IMG/VR virus record: IMGVR_UViG_3300032164_000004
Span: 12,685-76,684 of that record
Origin: a virus
Reading direction: 5' to 3' (one strand)
Length of the DNA: 64,000 nucleotides
Below are positions 10,485-20,751 of the stretch, piece by piece; position 1 is the stretch's first letter; every line of letters begins with the position of its first letter. The position numbers were made by a program, and so were the translations under genes. The notes under the pieces were generated by a model, which worked only from the letters and a program-made list of their open reading frames with translations, was not told the DNA's origin and made no database searches.

Positions 10485-10928
10485 ATGAGTGAAAATATTC
10501 GTTTGTCTCTTGACCAGATGCATGAACAAGCTGACAAAGATCTAAAATTAGATAAAAGCCAACTCCTTATAGAATCAATTAAAACTCCAACATTATTCTC
10601 TAAATGGAGTAAAATGTTGTCCGTTGAACGATTGATTTTGTATAAAATTATTTCCGAACTTGAAGCTAAAGAATTGGATACCTTCGAGTATTATAGAGGT
10701 AAATCTGATCCTGAAGTTTATAAAGAACGTCCATTTGGTCATAAAGTTTTAAAATGTGATATGGACAAATATATCAAAGCTGATCCGGAAATATCCAAAT
10801 TAAAACAAAGATTAGCCTTACAGAAAGAAAAAGTGGATACCATTGAGAGAACTTTAAAAGCTATCAATGACAGGCAATGGATTATTCGTAATGCTAATGA
10901 AAGTAATAGGTTTGAAGCAGGTTCATAA
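10485..10928 (+). CDS. uvsY: recombination mediator UvsY
   Basis: EYYRGKSDPEVYKERPF..KVLK, YIKADPEI; upstream of uvsW. Confidence 0.85.
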   Translation: MSENIRLSLDQMHEQADKDLKLDKSQLLIESIKTPTLFSKWSKMLSVERLILYKIISELEAKELDTFEYYRGKSDPEVYKERPFGHKVLKCDMDKYIKADPEISKLKQRLALQKEKVDTIERTLKAINDRQWIIRNANESNRFEAGS

Positions 10929-10929
10929 A

Positions 10930-12447
10930 ATGTGTGATATAATATTACGAACAGTCGATGCAGTTTACCTTCAAGTGTTTTCTGAAGATATGGGCATTAT
11001 AATGGAATTATCCGAATTTTTCACGTTCAATGTACCTGGTGCAAGGTTTATGCCGGCGTTTAGGAATAAAATGTGGGATGGAAAAATTAGATTATTTGAT
11101 TTTAGAAGCAGAAGAATATATACCGGTCTTCTTCCATATATTCGAAAATTTGCCACCGAACGAAATTATTCTGTAGACGAAACCCAAATTGCAAATAACG
11201 TAGATAAAGAAGTAGATATCGAATTTGGAGAAACATTCTTTAAAGATTTAAAACCTTATGCTAAAGATGCTGGTGTATTAAAACCTATTGAAGCAACCGA
11301 TTATCAAATAAATGCTTTTATCCACGCCATCAATAATGAACGTTGCATACTTTTATCACCTACCGCATCCGGTAAATCTTTAATCATATATGGATTATTA
11401 AGATATTATCAACCTTTATTCCAAGTTAATAAATTATTGGTAATTGTTCCTACAACATCTTTAGTAGAACAGATGTATACTGATTTTGAAGATTATTCTC
11501 ATAAGGATACTGAATGGAGAATTGAAAAGAATTGTCATAGGATATATTCGGGTAAAGATAAAGAAACGGATTTACCTATTGTTATAACCACTTGGCAATC
11601 TATCTACAAATTACCCAAATCTTGGTTCGATCAATTTACCGTTGTTGTTGGTGATGAAGCCCATAATTTTCAGGCTAAATCTTTAACTGCAATTATGACC
11701 AAAATGAACAACGCACCATTCCGTTTTGGTACGACCGGGACAATACAAGATACAAAAACTCACCGTTTGGTATTAGAAGGACTTTTTGGTGAGGTATTTA
11801 AAGTTACCACTACAGATGAATTAATACGTTCAGGTCAAATTTCAAATATTGATATTAAGTGTTTAATATTAGAATACGACCAGGAAATTTGTAAACTGAT
11901 GAAAAATGCCACATATAGACAGGAGATAGAATACCTAATAAGTCATAATAGACGTAATAGGTTTATATCCAATTTGGTTTTAAGTTTAGAGAGGAATACT
12001 CTCGTATTGTTTAGGGAAGTTGAAAATCATGGAGTTATTCTCCATGAATTAATAAAGAACCGAGTTAAAGATGATCGAAAAGTATTTTTTATTCACGGGA
12101 AAACAGACACCGATATTCGAGAAGATGTTCGAAGAATTGTTGAAACGCAAACCGACGCTATCATTGTTGCATCATATGGCGTTTTTTCATCAGGTGTTAA
12201 CGTTCGTAATATTTTTAATATTATATTTGCTTCTCCTTCCAAAAGTCGCATTAGGAATTTACAATCTATTGGTAGGGGTTTAAGAAAAAGCGAAACTAAA
12301 AACCATTTAACATTGTATGATATAGCAGATAACCTTAAATATAAAGGTCATAAAAATTTAACATTAAACCATTTTTTGTATAGGATTAAACTTTATGATG
12401 AGGAGAAGTTTAATTATAAGTTATTTCCGATAAAATTAAGGACTTAA
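10930..12447 (+). CDS. uvsW: SF2 helicase UvsW
   Basis: WDGKIRLF, SPTASGKS, GDEAH, LQSIGRGLR. Confidence 0.95.
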   Translation: MCDIILRTVDAVYLQVFSEDMGIIMELSEFFTFNVPGARFMPAFRNKMWDGKIRLFDFRSRRIYTGLLPYIRKFATERNYSVDETQIANNVDKEVDIEFGETFFKDLKPYAKDAGVLKPIEATDYQINAFIHAINNERCILLSPTASGKSLIIYGLLRYYQPLFQVNKLLVIVPTTSLVEQMYTDFEDYSHKDTEWRIEKNCHRIYSGKDKETDLPIVITTWQSIYKLPKSWFDQFTVVVGDEAHNFQAKSLTAIMTKMNNAPFRFGTTGTIQDTKTHRLVLEGLFGEVFKVTTTDELIRSGQISNIDIKCLILEYDQEICKLMKNATYRQEIEYLISHNRRNRFISNLVLSLERNTLVLFREVENHGVILHELIKNRVKDDRKVFFIHGKTDTDIREDVRRIVETQTDAIIVASYGVFSSGVNVRNIFNIIFASPSKSRIRNLQSIGRGLRKSETKNHLTLYDIADNLKYKGHKNLTLNHFLYRIKLYDEEKFNYKLFPIKLRT

Positions 12448-12451
12448 ACTG

Positions 12452-12769
12452 ATGTTTAATAAATTAAAGACCATTATACTACTGACAATAATTTCGGTAG
12501 TTGTGTTTTATGCCCAAACTCGTATTGTAGATCAACAAGTCACAAAATTACCTCCATCCCAATTAAATGTAAAAGTGATGTTAGTAAAAAGTGCGGCTTG
12601 TGTTGCTAGCGGAACTTCACCTGATGGTATGAAATGGGATTGTAATGGTTTGTTCCTCTATCGTTTTAGAATGTCGGATGGAACCATGGTTGGACCATTT
12701 TTTGCCATATTAGCAGACAAAAATTTTATACAAGATGCTAAATGGACAACTACTTTTTCTATTAAATAA
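12452..12769 (+). CDS. hypothetical secreted/membrane protein
   Basis: N-terminal hydrophobic signal-like segment. Confidence 0.5.
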   Translation: MFNKLKTIILLTIISVVVFYAQTRIVDQQVTKLPPSQLNVKVMLVKSAACVASGTSPDGMKWDCNGLFLYRFRMSDGTMVGPFFAILADKNFIQDAKWTTTFSIK

Positions 12770-12821
12770 GGATTGAAATACCACTTGAAAAAACATTTTC
12801 AATGTGTTATAATATAATTAT

Positions 12822-13322
12822 ATGAATACTATTTTTAATCCAGATTGGTGTAAATCATTACGATTATCTACAGGTGAATATTTGGTCAGCGTTATGCCGG
12901 ATACAAACACCGTAGATAATATTTTAGGTAAATGTATAGTTTTACTTAGACCTATTAGAGTTAATGTGATTCCATCTAATGATGGTGGAATTCAAGTTCA
13001 GTTCTTAAAGTATAATCCTCATACTAATGATAATTATATTTTTATTCCTATCAATCAAATCTTATCTATAAGCAGTACTAATTCCGAAATTAAAGACCTT
13101 TATTTAAAGGCTTTCAAAGAGCTTATGGAATATGAAAATTCTCAAGGAACAATACAAGAACAGGCTAAAAAGAAATACGAACAATTAGGTGAGGAAAAGG
13201 AAAAGGAAAAGGAAAAGGAAGATAAAAAAGAAGAGGAACCCAAAAAGAATCAAAAGATCATTAAAAAAGGTAAAAAGAATATCACTAAAAAGGCTACCAG
13301 TGATGATGATTATATTATGTAA
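12822..13322 (+). CDS. hypothetical protein (conserved post-uvsW position)
   Basis: KSLRLSTGEYLVS start; sigma70-like promoter immediately upstream. Confidence 0.55.
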   Translation: MNTIFNPDWCKSLRLSTGEYLVSVMPDTNTVDNILGKCIVLLRPIRVNVIPSNDGGIQVQFLKYNPHTNDNYIFIPINQILSISSTNSEIKDLYLKAFKELMEYENSQGTIQEQAKKKYEQLGEEKEKEKEKEDKKEEEPKKNQKIIKKGKKNITKKATSDDDYIM

Positions 13323-13324
13323 TA

Positions 13325-13554
13325 TGATTTTACTTGGAACCTTGGAACCTTGGAACCTTGGAACCTTGGAACCTTGGAACCTTGGAACCTTGGAACCTTG
13401 GAACCTTGGAACCTTGGAACCTTGGAACCTTGGAACCTTGGATGATTCTATTTACACTTTTGATTTTACTTGGAACCTTGGATGATTCTATTTACACTTT
13501 TGATTTTACTTGGAACTTTGGATGATTCTATTTACACTTTTGATTTTACTTGGA
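13325..13554. repeat. nested tandem repeat: 13x CTTGGAAC then about 3x 40-bp unit
   Basis: 8-mer array 13333-13436; 40-bp unit GATGATTCTATTTACACTTTTGATTTTACTTGGAACCTTG at 13441, 13481 and 13521 (last partial). Confidence 0.95.
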
Positions 13555-13605
13555 CCCCTATACGCTCTCTAGAGTACCTGGTTCTCTCTAAATGAATACA
13601 TTTAT

Positions 13606-13634
13606 ATTATACCAGAAACGAGAGTGTTTGTCAA
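13606..13634 (-). promoter_or_regulatory. consensus sigma70 promoter facing into the repeat array
   Basis: Minus strand TTGACA-17 nt-TATAAT with TG extension. Confidence 0.75.
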
Positions 13635-13856
13635 GTGCTAAAATGATGATTCCGAGATAAGTTGTTGAAAACAAACGAAAAATAAATTTTATGTCAAGTT
13701 TCTTAACATAAAAACGATAGGATTTTGATGTTTTAATTGTGAGTGTGAGTAGTTGTACGGTTTTGAATTAAATACGATTTTTGTGGTCTGTAAGTTGATG
13801 GAAACAAAAGACTTAAAAAATAGGATTTTTACGAAAATTAAAGTGGGGTAAGCTTA

Positions 13857-13885
13857 TTGACAACGCGCTAGTAACGTGTTATAAT
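13857..13885 (+). promoter_or_regulatory. sigma70 early promoter
   Basis: TTGACA-17-TATAAT with TG extension. Confidence 0.8.
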
Positions 13886-13905
13886 ACAATAGAGGCATAT
13901 AATAT

Positions 13906-14934
13906 ATGTTCGAATCTGAATCTAAAAAATTAGGAATGCAACATTTTATCAACCATATAGCTTTAGTCATAGATGCGAGTGCATCTATGCAACATTTAAG
14001 TAATAATGTGGTTAAAGTATTTGATCGTGAATTGGATAATCTTAAACGTAGATCTGTTGAGTTGGATCAAGAGACAAGGATTTCCATTTATTTATTTAAT
14101 AGTAATTATACCTGTTTAGTTTTTGATATGGATGTAATGCGGATGAAGTCTTTAAAGGAATATTATCATCCTACTGGTTCTACAGCATTAATTAGAACTA
14201 CGGTAAAAGCTATTGAGGATATGAGGGTATTACCTGAATTGTATGGGGATCATGCTTTTTTGGTTTATGTTATTACCGATGGGGAAGAGAATGCGAGTAA
14301 AATGCATCCTTGTACTCTAATAGATGCTATTAAAAATATGTCTGATAACTGGACAATAGTGTGTTTGGTTCCGAATCAAAATGGTGTTTACGAAGCAAAA
14401 AAGTTTGGATTTCCAATAGATAATATTCAAATTTGGGATACTTCTGTAAAAGGACTTGAAAAAGCTGGTAAAAGTTTTACAAATGCAATGGATAATTATA
14501 TGCATTTGCGTAGTCAAGGAATCCGTTCGACAAAATCATTTTTTAAAACGGATCTAACTTCAGTTACCACCAACGACCTTAAAATGGGACTTATTAAATT
14601 AAATGTTTCACATATTAAAACTTATCATTTAGATCGACCATGTGGAAGTAGAGAGTTTGTTATTAGAGAAACAGGATATTCTTATGTAAAGGGTATGGTA
14701 TTTTACCAGTTAACAAAAGCCGAAACCATTCAAGCCAATAAGGAAATTATTATACGCGATAAGATGAGTGGTGATTATTATGGTGGGGAAAATGCTCGAC
14801 GTTTATTATGTTTACCTTTTGAGGAAATTAGAGTTCACCCAGGTCAACACGGTAATTTTGATGTATTCATACAAAGTACTGCGGTAAATAGGAAATTACA
14901 ATCTAATACGGATGTTATTTTAAAAATTAGTTAA
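13906..14934 (+). CDS. vWA domain protein
   Basis: MIDAS motifs IALVIDASASM, GSTAL, VITDGEEN. Confidence 0.85.
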   Translation: MFESESKKLGMQHFINHIALVIDASASMQHLSNNVVKVFDRELDNLKRRSVELDQETRISIYLFNSNYTCLVFDMDVMRMKSLKEYYHPTGSTALIRTTVKAIEDMRVLPELYGDHAFLVYVITDGEENASKMHPCTLIDAIKNMSDNWTIVCLVPNQNGVYEAKKFGFPIDNIQIWDTSVKGLEKAGKSFTNAMDNYMHLRSQGIRSTKSFFKTDLTSVTTNDLKMGLIKLNVSHIKTYHLDRPCGSREFVIRETGYSYVKGMVFYQLTKAETIQANKEIIIRDKMSGDYYGGENARRLLCLPFEEIRVHPGQHGNFDVFIQSTAVNRKLQSNTDVILKIS

Positions 14935-14965
14935 TTTCGGAAGGATCTATCTGGTATAATAGTAG

Positions 14966-15514
14966 ATGGCGAAAACAAAACATTATGTTGATAATAATAA
15001 GTTGTTGGCTGAGTTAATAGCTTATCAGAAATCTATTAGGAAGGCTAAAAGAGAAGGATTAGAAAAACCTCGTGTTCCTGAATACGTGGGCGAATGTCTC
15101 CTTAAGATTGCAGAACATTTAAGTTTTCGTCCTAATTTTTATAATTATTCGTATATAGGTGATATGATTGGTGATGGTATAGAAAATTGTCTCTTATATA
15201 TAGATAATTTTAATCCTGAAAAAAGTAAAAATCCTTTTGCGTATTTTACTCAAATTATTTGGTATGCCTTCATCCGTAGAATTCTTAAGGAGAAAAAGCA
15301 ATTATATTTAAAGTATAAGAGCATTGAAAAATCTCCAGAATTTTCGGAATATTTTAATCAAGCCCATGATATCGGCGTCTATAAAAATACATATGTGGAA
15401 TTCTTAAAAAAAAATATGGTTGAAATTATATCTGAATTTGAGGATAAGAAAAAAAATAAAAAGAAAAAATCTGTAAATTTGGAAAAGTTTTTTGGTGGGG
15501 TTGTAGATGGGTAA
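14966..15514 (+). CDS. gp55: late transcription sigma factor
   Basis: HYVDN, LSFRPNF.NY, KSKNPFAYFTQIIWYAFIRRI.KEKKQ. Confidence 0.95.
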   Translation: MAKTKHYVDNNKLLAELIAYQKSIRKAKREGLEKPRVPEYVGECLLKIAEHLSFRPNFYNYSYIGDMIGDGIENCLLYIDNFNPEKSKNPFAYFTQIIWYAFIRRILKEKKQLYLKYKSIEKSPEFSEYFNQAHDIGVYKNTYVEFLKKNMVEIISEFEDKKKNKKKKSVNLEKFFGGVVDG

Positions 15515-16565
15515 AGTCGTACTTTTAACCGATACGCATATTGGAGCAAGATCGGATAGTTTAGTTTTTGATAATTACTTTCAAAAATTTTTTAATGATA
15601 TCCTATTTCCTACCTTAAAACGAGAAAAGATAAAAACCATATTTCATCTTGGGGATGTATTTGATAGGCGTAAATATATCAATTTTAATATATTAAATAG
15701 GTTTAGAAATAACTTTTTACATCCGTTGGAAAATATGGGAGTAAATATGTTTGTGTTGAGTGGTAATCATGATGTATTTTTCCGAAATACTAATGATGTG
15801 AATTCGATTCAAGAAATAATGGGTGGGTGGGATAATATAACAGTTATCAACGAACCTAAGGAAATGATTTTTGATGGATTAAAATTATTATTACTACCAT
15901 GGATTACTAATGATAATTTAGAAGAAACCAATAAATTAATATCAAATACTTCTGCACGGGTATTATTTGGACATTTACAGATTCATGGATTTCAGATGTA
16001 TGGTGGTATAAATTGTGAAGATGGTTTAGATGGAAGTATGTTTCATCAATTTGACATGGTAATTTCCGGACATTTCCACCACAAGAGTTCTAACGATAAC
16101 ATACATTATCTAGGTGCTCCATATGAGATGACTTTTGCTGATATGAATGATCCGAGAGGTTTTCATATTTTAGATACTAAAACATTATCGATGGAGTTTA
16201 TTGAAAATCCTTATAGAATGTTTCATAGGGTGGTTTATGATGATAGAGGAAAAACTATAGATGAGATTTTGAATTCTATAGAACCAACTAAGTATTCGGA
16301 AACATATATTAAGGTAATAGTTAATTATAAAAGTAATCCATTTTTCTTTGATAAGTTTATTGATATGCTTTATGGAGTATCGCCGGCAGAAATAAAAATT
16401 ATTGAGGATTTTAATGTTGATGTTGATAGTGGAGAAACATCGACTGAGGATACTTTAAGTATACTTTTCGAATATGTGGATTCTATGGAATTAGTAATGG
16501 ATAAAACAAAATTGAAAGAAATTCTTAGAGGAATATACTTAGAAGCAACAAATGAACAGGAATAG
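15507..16565 (+). CDS. gp47: recombination endonuclease, Mre11-like
   Basis: DTHIG, LGDVFDRR, GNHD, SGHFH. Confidence 0.95.
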   Translation: MGKVVLLTDTHIGARSDSLVFDNYFQKFFNDILFPTLKREKIKTIFHLGDVFDRRKYINFNILNRFRNNFLHPLENMGVNMFVLSGNHDVFFRNTNDVNSIQEIMGGWDNITVINEPKEMIFDGLKLLLLPWITNDNLEETNKLISNTSARVLFGHLQIHGFQMYGGINCEDGLDGSMFHQFDMVISGHFHHKSSNDNIHYLGAPYEMTFADMNDPRGFHILDTKTLSMEFIENPYRMFHRVVYDDRGKTIDEILNSIEPTKYSETYIKVIVNYKSNPFFFDKFIDMLYGVSPAEIKIIEDFNVDVDSGETSTEDTLSILFEYVDSMELVMDKTKLKEILRGIYLEATNEQE

Positions 16566-16582
16566 ATATTTGAGTTCGTTAT

Positions 16583-18301
16583 ATGATATTTTTTCAAAAA
16601 ATTAAATGGTCTAATTTTTTATCTACTGGGAATCAACCTATCGAGATTGATTTAAATAAGCATTCTACTACCTTAATCTTAGGTGAAAATGGATCTGGAA
16701 AAAGCACATTATTATGTGCTTTAACCTTTGTATTATTTGGTAAACCATTTAGAAATATTAATAAACCTCAATTAGTTAATTCATTAAATCAGTCTGATTG
16801 TTTGGTTGAGATCTATTTTATAATTGGTAAAAATGAATATTTTATTAGGAGGGGTTTAAAACCTAGTATCTTTGAAATTTATATCAATGAAAAATTAGTA
16901 AATCAAGATTCTAGGATTAAAGATTATCAGGTTTATTTAGAAGAAAATATTTTAAAATTGAATTATAGGAGTTTTTGTCAAGTAGTGGTTTTAGGTAGTT
17001 CTACGTTCGTACCATTTATGCAACTGAAGGCATCCGATAGGAGATTTATTATTGAGGATTTGTTGGATATACAAATATTTTCTTACATGAATGGTATATT
17101 AAAACAAAAAATAATAGAATTAAGAGAACAATTTACTAAACTTGATAATGATATTTCCTTAATTGATGATAAAATTAAGTTACGGCGTCAATATGTGGAA
17201 GAATTACGGACTAATAATAAAGAACGTATCTCAGTTTGTAATTCTAGTATGAAGGATAATAAACTAGACAAGGTTGTAAAACTTAAAGAAATAAAGGTCT
17301 TAGAAAAGGAAATAGAAAAATTAACCGTAAAGTGTGCTAATGAAGATTCTATTAGGGCTATAATTAGGAAATTAGAATTATTGGAAGACCAATTAACATC
17401 TTCTGCAAAGAAATTAGAAAAAGAGTTAATTTTTTTTGGAGATACTGAAGTATGTCCTACATGTAAACAGAATATTAATGATATGTTTAAGGTAGATATA
17501 ATAACCGAAAAAAAATTAAAATTAAAAGAAGTTAATTTGGCATTAGTTAAATTGGATAAGGATTTACAAAATAAGAGAAATATTTTAGATTTAATATGTG
17601 ATATTTTAGGTCGAATTGTTGATAAGAAAAAAGATATATCTAAAATAAATTCGTCCATTATAGCGATTGAATCCTATATGGAAAAAATTCAAAATGAAAT
17701 AAAGGAATTATTATCTAAGAAAACTATTTCCGATAAGGATAAGAAGGAATTAAAGTTATTAGAAGCTGAACGAGAAGAATGTGTTAATGTTAAGGATAGG
17801 TTTTTTGAGGATAAACATTATTATGATCTAGTAGCACAGATGTTAAAGGATAGTGGTATAAAGACTCGGATCATAAGTCGTTATTTGCCTATTATTAATA
17901 AATCTGTAAATAAGTATTTGAATCTTTTGGATTTCTTTGTTAATTTCACATTAGATGAAAATTTTAAGGAAATTATAAAGAGTCGAGGACGTGATGAATT
18001 TTCTTATGAATCTTTTTCGGAAGGTGAGAAATTACGGATAGATTTGAGTTTGTTGTTTACGTGGCGCGATATCTCAAAGATGAAAAATAGTGCAAATACC
18101 AATTTATTGATATTAGATGAAATTTTTGATTCTTCATTGGATACCAATGGTACTGAAGATTTTTTAAAATTAATAGGCCAACTGAATACTAATATTAATA
18201 TTTTTATTATAAGTCATAAAGGAGATACGTTGCAAGATAAATTCCAAAATACCATTCGTTTTGTGAAGGTTAAGAATTTTTCTTTGTTAAAAAAGGAGTA
18301 A
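16583..18301 (+). CDS. gp46: recombination ATPase, Rad50-like
   Basis: GENGSGKST, CPTC hook, FSEGEK, ILDEIFDSSLD. Confidence 0.95.
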   Translation: MIFFQKIKWSNFLSTGNQPIEIDLNKHSTTLILGENGSGKSTLLCALTFVLFGKPFRNINKPQLVNSLNQSDCLVEIYFIIGKNEYFIRRGLKPSIFEIYINEKLVNQDSRIKDYQVYLEENILKLNYRSFCQVVVLGSSTFVPFMQLKASDRRFIIEDLLDIQIFSYMNGILKQKIIELREQFTKLDNDISLIDDKIKLRRQYVEELRTNNKERISVCNSSMKDNKLDKVVKLKEIKVLEKEIEKLTVKCANEDSIRAIIRKLELLEDQLTSSAKKLEKELIFFGDTEVCPTCKQNINDMFKVDIITEKKLKLKEVNLALVKLDKDLQNKRNILDLICDILGRIVDKKKDISKINSSIIAIESYMEKIQNEIKELLSKKTISDKDKKELKLLEAEREECVNVKDRFFEDKHYYDLVAQMLKDSGIKTRIISRYLPIINKSVNKYLNLLDFFVNFTLDENFKEIIKSRGRDEFSYESFSEGEKLRIDLSLLFTWRDISKMKNSANTNLLILDEIFDSSLDTNGTEDFLKLIGQLNTNINIFIISHKGDTLQDKFQNTIRFVKVKNFSLLKKE

Positions 18302-18305
18302 AATA

Positions 18306-18578
18306 ATGTTGAATATTAAAGATGAATGTGATATAATAGTAAAAGATGTATTGCGATATACTGCGGAGGTATTGAGAAATTTGATTGTTTCTGAAAAAAC
18401 AGATGAGGAAAATGAAGTATTATCGATTTTATCTAAACAATGTGATGCGGTAGTAGGTATGTTAGATAGGTTGAAATATGTTGAGGGTGAGTATGAATAT
18501 AGAAAGCGATTTAATCCAAACATGCGCTTTTATCGGTCTAAATTTAGAGTCTTTCCAAACCGCAATAAAAAAAATTAA
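18306..18578 (+). CDS. hypothetical protein
   Basis: ORF with RBS AAGGAG. Confidence 0.5.
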   Translation: MLNIKDECDIIVKDVLRYTAEVLRNLIVSEKTDEENEVLSILSKQCDAVVGMLDRLKYVEGEYEYRKRFNPNMRFYRSKFRVFPNRNKKN

Positions 18579-18900
18579 GACAGATAAGATAACTTTAGAT
18601 TATAGGGATAATTGTAATCCAAATAATCCAACACGAAATTATTGTTACGTTATTTCGGAATGTATTTTCCATTTCTTAGCACCTAAAGGGTCTTTTGCTT
18701 ACCGAACTAATGTTCCAGACGATGAGTTGAATCATTATTACGTTGTTTGGCCTAATGGATTTATATGTGATTTAGCTCAAGGCCATTTGAAGAAATTTAA
18801 CGCATCTATTTATGATAACGGTAAGAAATGTGTGTTTAGACATCCCTCACCGTCGGTGGATGCAAAAAGGTTAGCAAAATTATTAGATATTGAGGATTAA
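18478..18900 (+). CDS. hypothetical protein
   Basis: ORF with NYCYVISE and HYYV motifs; start uncertain. Confidence 0.45.
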   Translation: MLRVSMNIESDLIQTCAFIGLNLESFQTAIKKIKTDKITLDYRDNCNPNNPTRNYCYVISECIFHFLAPKGSFAYRTNVPDDELNHYYVVWPNGFICDLAQGHLKKFNASIYDNGKKCVFRHPSPSVDAKRLAKLLDIED

Positions 18901-19108
18901 TATGAAGGTAGAGATTACTATTACAGGTACGGGGGAATATAATGATGAATATACTATTCCTGCTTTTATTGCTGAAGTGGTCGATTTTATGAAAGATAGC
19001 GGATTTTCTAGGGAATCATTCGCTCAAAGTGGAGTATTCCAACCAGAAGATGATGAAGTGAATTGGATGGGTGTATTCGAATTTGAGTATTTAAATGGCT
19101 ATAATTAA
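18890..19108 (+). CDS. hypothetical protein
   Basis: Short ORF in operon. Confidence 0.4.
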   Translation: MRINMKVEITITGTGEYNDEYTIPAFIAEVVDFMKDSGFSRESFAQSGVFQPEDDEVNWMGVFEFEYLNGYN

Positions 19109-20000
19109 ATCATTATCGTTTAATGATGTTATGTTGGTTCCTAAAAGGAATTCAGTAAGTAGCCGTGCGGAAATTGATTTAAGTAGTAATATTGGAACTC
19201 TGGAGTTGGGTGTTCCAATTATTGCATCTAATATGTCATCCGTTTGTGGACCTAAAATGTGCGTTGCTATGCATAATGTTGGTGCATTAGGTATATTACA
19301 TCGGATGTGTACTATCGATGAACAGATGGAGATGATGTGTGAAATACCAAATGATGTTAATTTTGGTATATCTTTTGGAATTGGTAAAGAATGGATAAAT
19401 CGTATTCGGCTTATTGAAAGATTTAATAATAAGAGTAGAACTATTATTGCCTGTTTGGATGTAGCCCACGCTCATTCTGATAAAGTAATGGATATTATTG
19501 ACGAATATTATAGGAAATTTCCTTATAATTTAATTATAGGGAATATAGCTACAGTCAGAGCCGCATGTGATATTTATAGTATTATTCCAAAAGATAGAAT
19601 AATGTCAACGGCTTTAAAGTGCGGAATCGGCGGAGGTTGTTTTACTTCGGATACAAATATTTTTACTATTACTGGTAATAAACGTATAATGGATATAGTT
19701 ATTGGAGATTTTGTATTATCTCATTCTGGTAAATTTGAAATGGTAATTGATACGTTAAGAAGGTCAGAAACCGAATGTTTATATAATATAAACCAAACTA
19801 AATGTACAAAAAACCACGAATTTTTTGTGTTACATAAAAAATATGAACATATCATAACGGACAATAATTTAGAAGATTTTGCGGAATGGGTTTCGGCCGA
19901 AAAATTAAATGATGATTACCTATTGATTGAAAGGTGTGAAAATTATAAATATGGTATGGGAGATGAATCTCTTATACCTTATGGAAAAAATAAAAGTTGA
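19095..20000 (+). CDS. IMPDH/GMP reductase N-terminal part fused to N-intein
   Basis: LSFNDVMLVPK, PIIASNM, LDVAHAHS, GNIAT, KCGIGGG then CFTSDT (N-intein from 19638). Confidence 0.9.
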   Translation: MAIIKSLSFNDVMLVPKRNSVSSRAEIDLSSNIGTLELGVPIIASNMSSVCGPKMCVAMHNVGALGILHRMCTIDEQMEMMCEIPNDVNFGISFGIGKEWINRIRLIERFNNKSRTIIACLDVAHAHSDKVMDIIDEYYRKFPYNLIIGNIATVRAACDIYSIIPKDRIMSTALKCGIGGGCFTSDTNIFTITGNKRIMDIVIGDFVLSHSGKFEMVIDTLRRSETECLYNINQTKCTKNHEFFVLHKKYEHIITDNNLEDFAEWVSAEKLNDDYLLIERCENYKYGMGDESLIPYGKNKS

Positions 20001-20751
20001 ATGTGCTTGCGGTAATTTAAAATTAATAGGAAAGTATTATTTTTCACATTATTATAAAAATAAATCTTTTGTTTGTGGATCATGTCGTCAAAAAGGAACA
20101 AATAATTCATTTTATGGAAAAACGCATTCTGAGGAATTAAAGAATAGATTAAGCACTGAACGACGAATTTCAAATCTAGGAAAAAATAACCCATTTTACG
20201 GAAGAACACATTCTGAAGAAACAAAAAAAATTTTATCGGACAAGAATAAAGAAAACCAAAAAGGAATATTAAATCCTTTTTATGGTAAAAAACATACGGT
20301 CGAATCTCGATTGAGGATGAGTGAATCTCAAAAAAATTATTATAAAAACCATCCTGAAGCTAGAGAGGCTCAACGTATTCGTATATTAAAACGTATAGGT
20401 CAAAATAAATATTGTATTACGAAAATAGAAAAAATAATTCGTAGTAAATTGGAATTATTAGGTGTAAATTTTAAGTATAATTTTATTTTGGATGGTAGGT
20501 TTCAATATGATTTTTTGATATATCCAAATATAATTTTAGAAGTACAGGGAGATTATTGGCATGGTAATCCTAAAATATACGGGAAAAATAAACGCCCATT
20601 AAATGAAAGACAATTATTTAAAATTAAACGAGATAAATTGAAGAAGAAATATTCTGTAGAAAAAGGATATAAAATATTTTATATTTGGGAATCCGATATT
20701 AATAAAGGTATATTTGAAGAAATGGATTTATGCTTACAAAATTTAAATTAG
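19927..20751 (+). CDS. free-standing homing endonuclease (NUMOD3 repeats plus Vsr/DUF559-like nuclease)
   Basis: Three NPFYGK(T/K)H(S/T)EE-like repeats; YDF...ILEVQGDYWHG...RD...GYKIFYIWE. Confidence 0.85.
   Translation: MKGVKIINMVWEMNLLYLMEKIKVECACGNLKLIGKYYFSHYYKNKSFVCGSCRQKGTNNSFYGKTHSEELKNRLSTERRISNLGKNNPFYGRTHSEETKKILSDKNKENQKGILNPFYGKKHTVESRLRMSESQKNYYKNHPEAREAQRIRILKRIGQNKYCITKIEKIIRSKLELLGVNFKYNFILDGRFQYDFLIYPNIILEVQGDYWHGNPKIYGKNKRPLNERQLFKIKRDKLKKKYSVEKGYKIFYIWESDINKGIFEEMDLCLQNLN

Noticed and set aside
13189-13525. ORFs with LEPWNLGT repeats
   Set aside because: Translations of the 8-bp tandem repeat; no RBS or independent support
13325-13554. CRISPR array
   Set aside because: Units are contiguous near-identical repeats without unique spacers; no cas genes in the window
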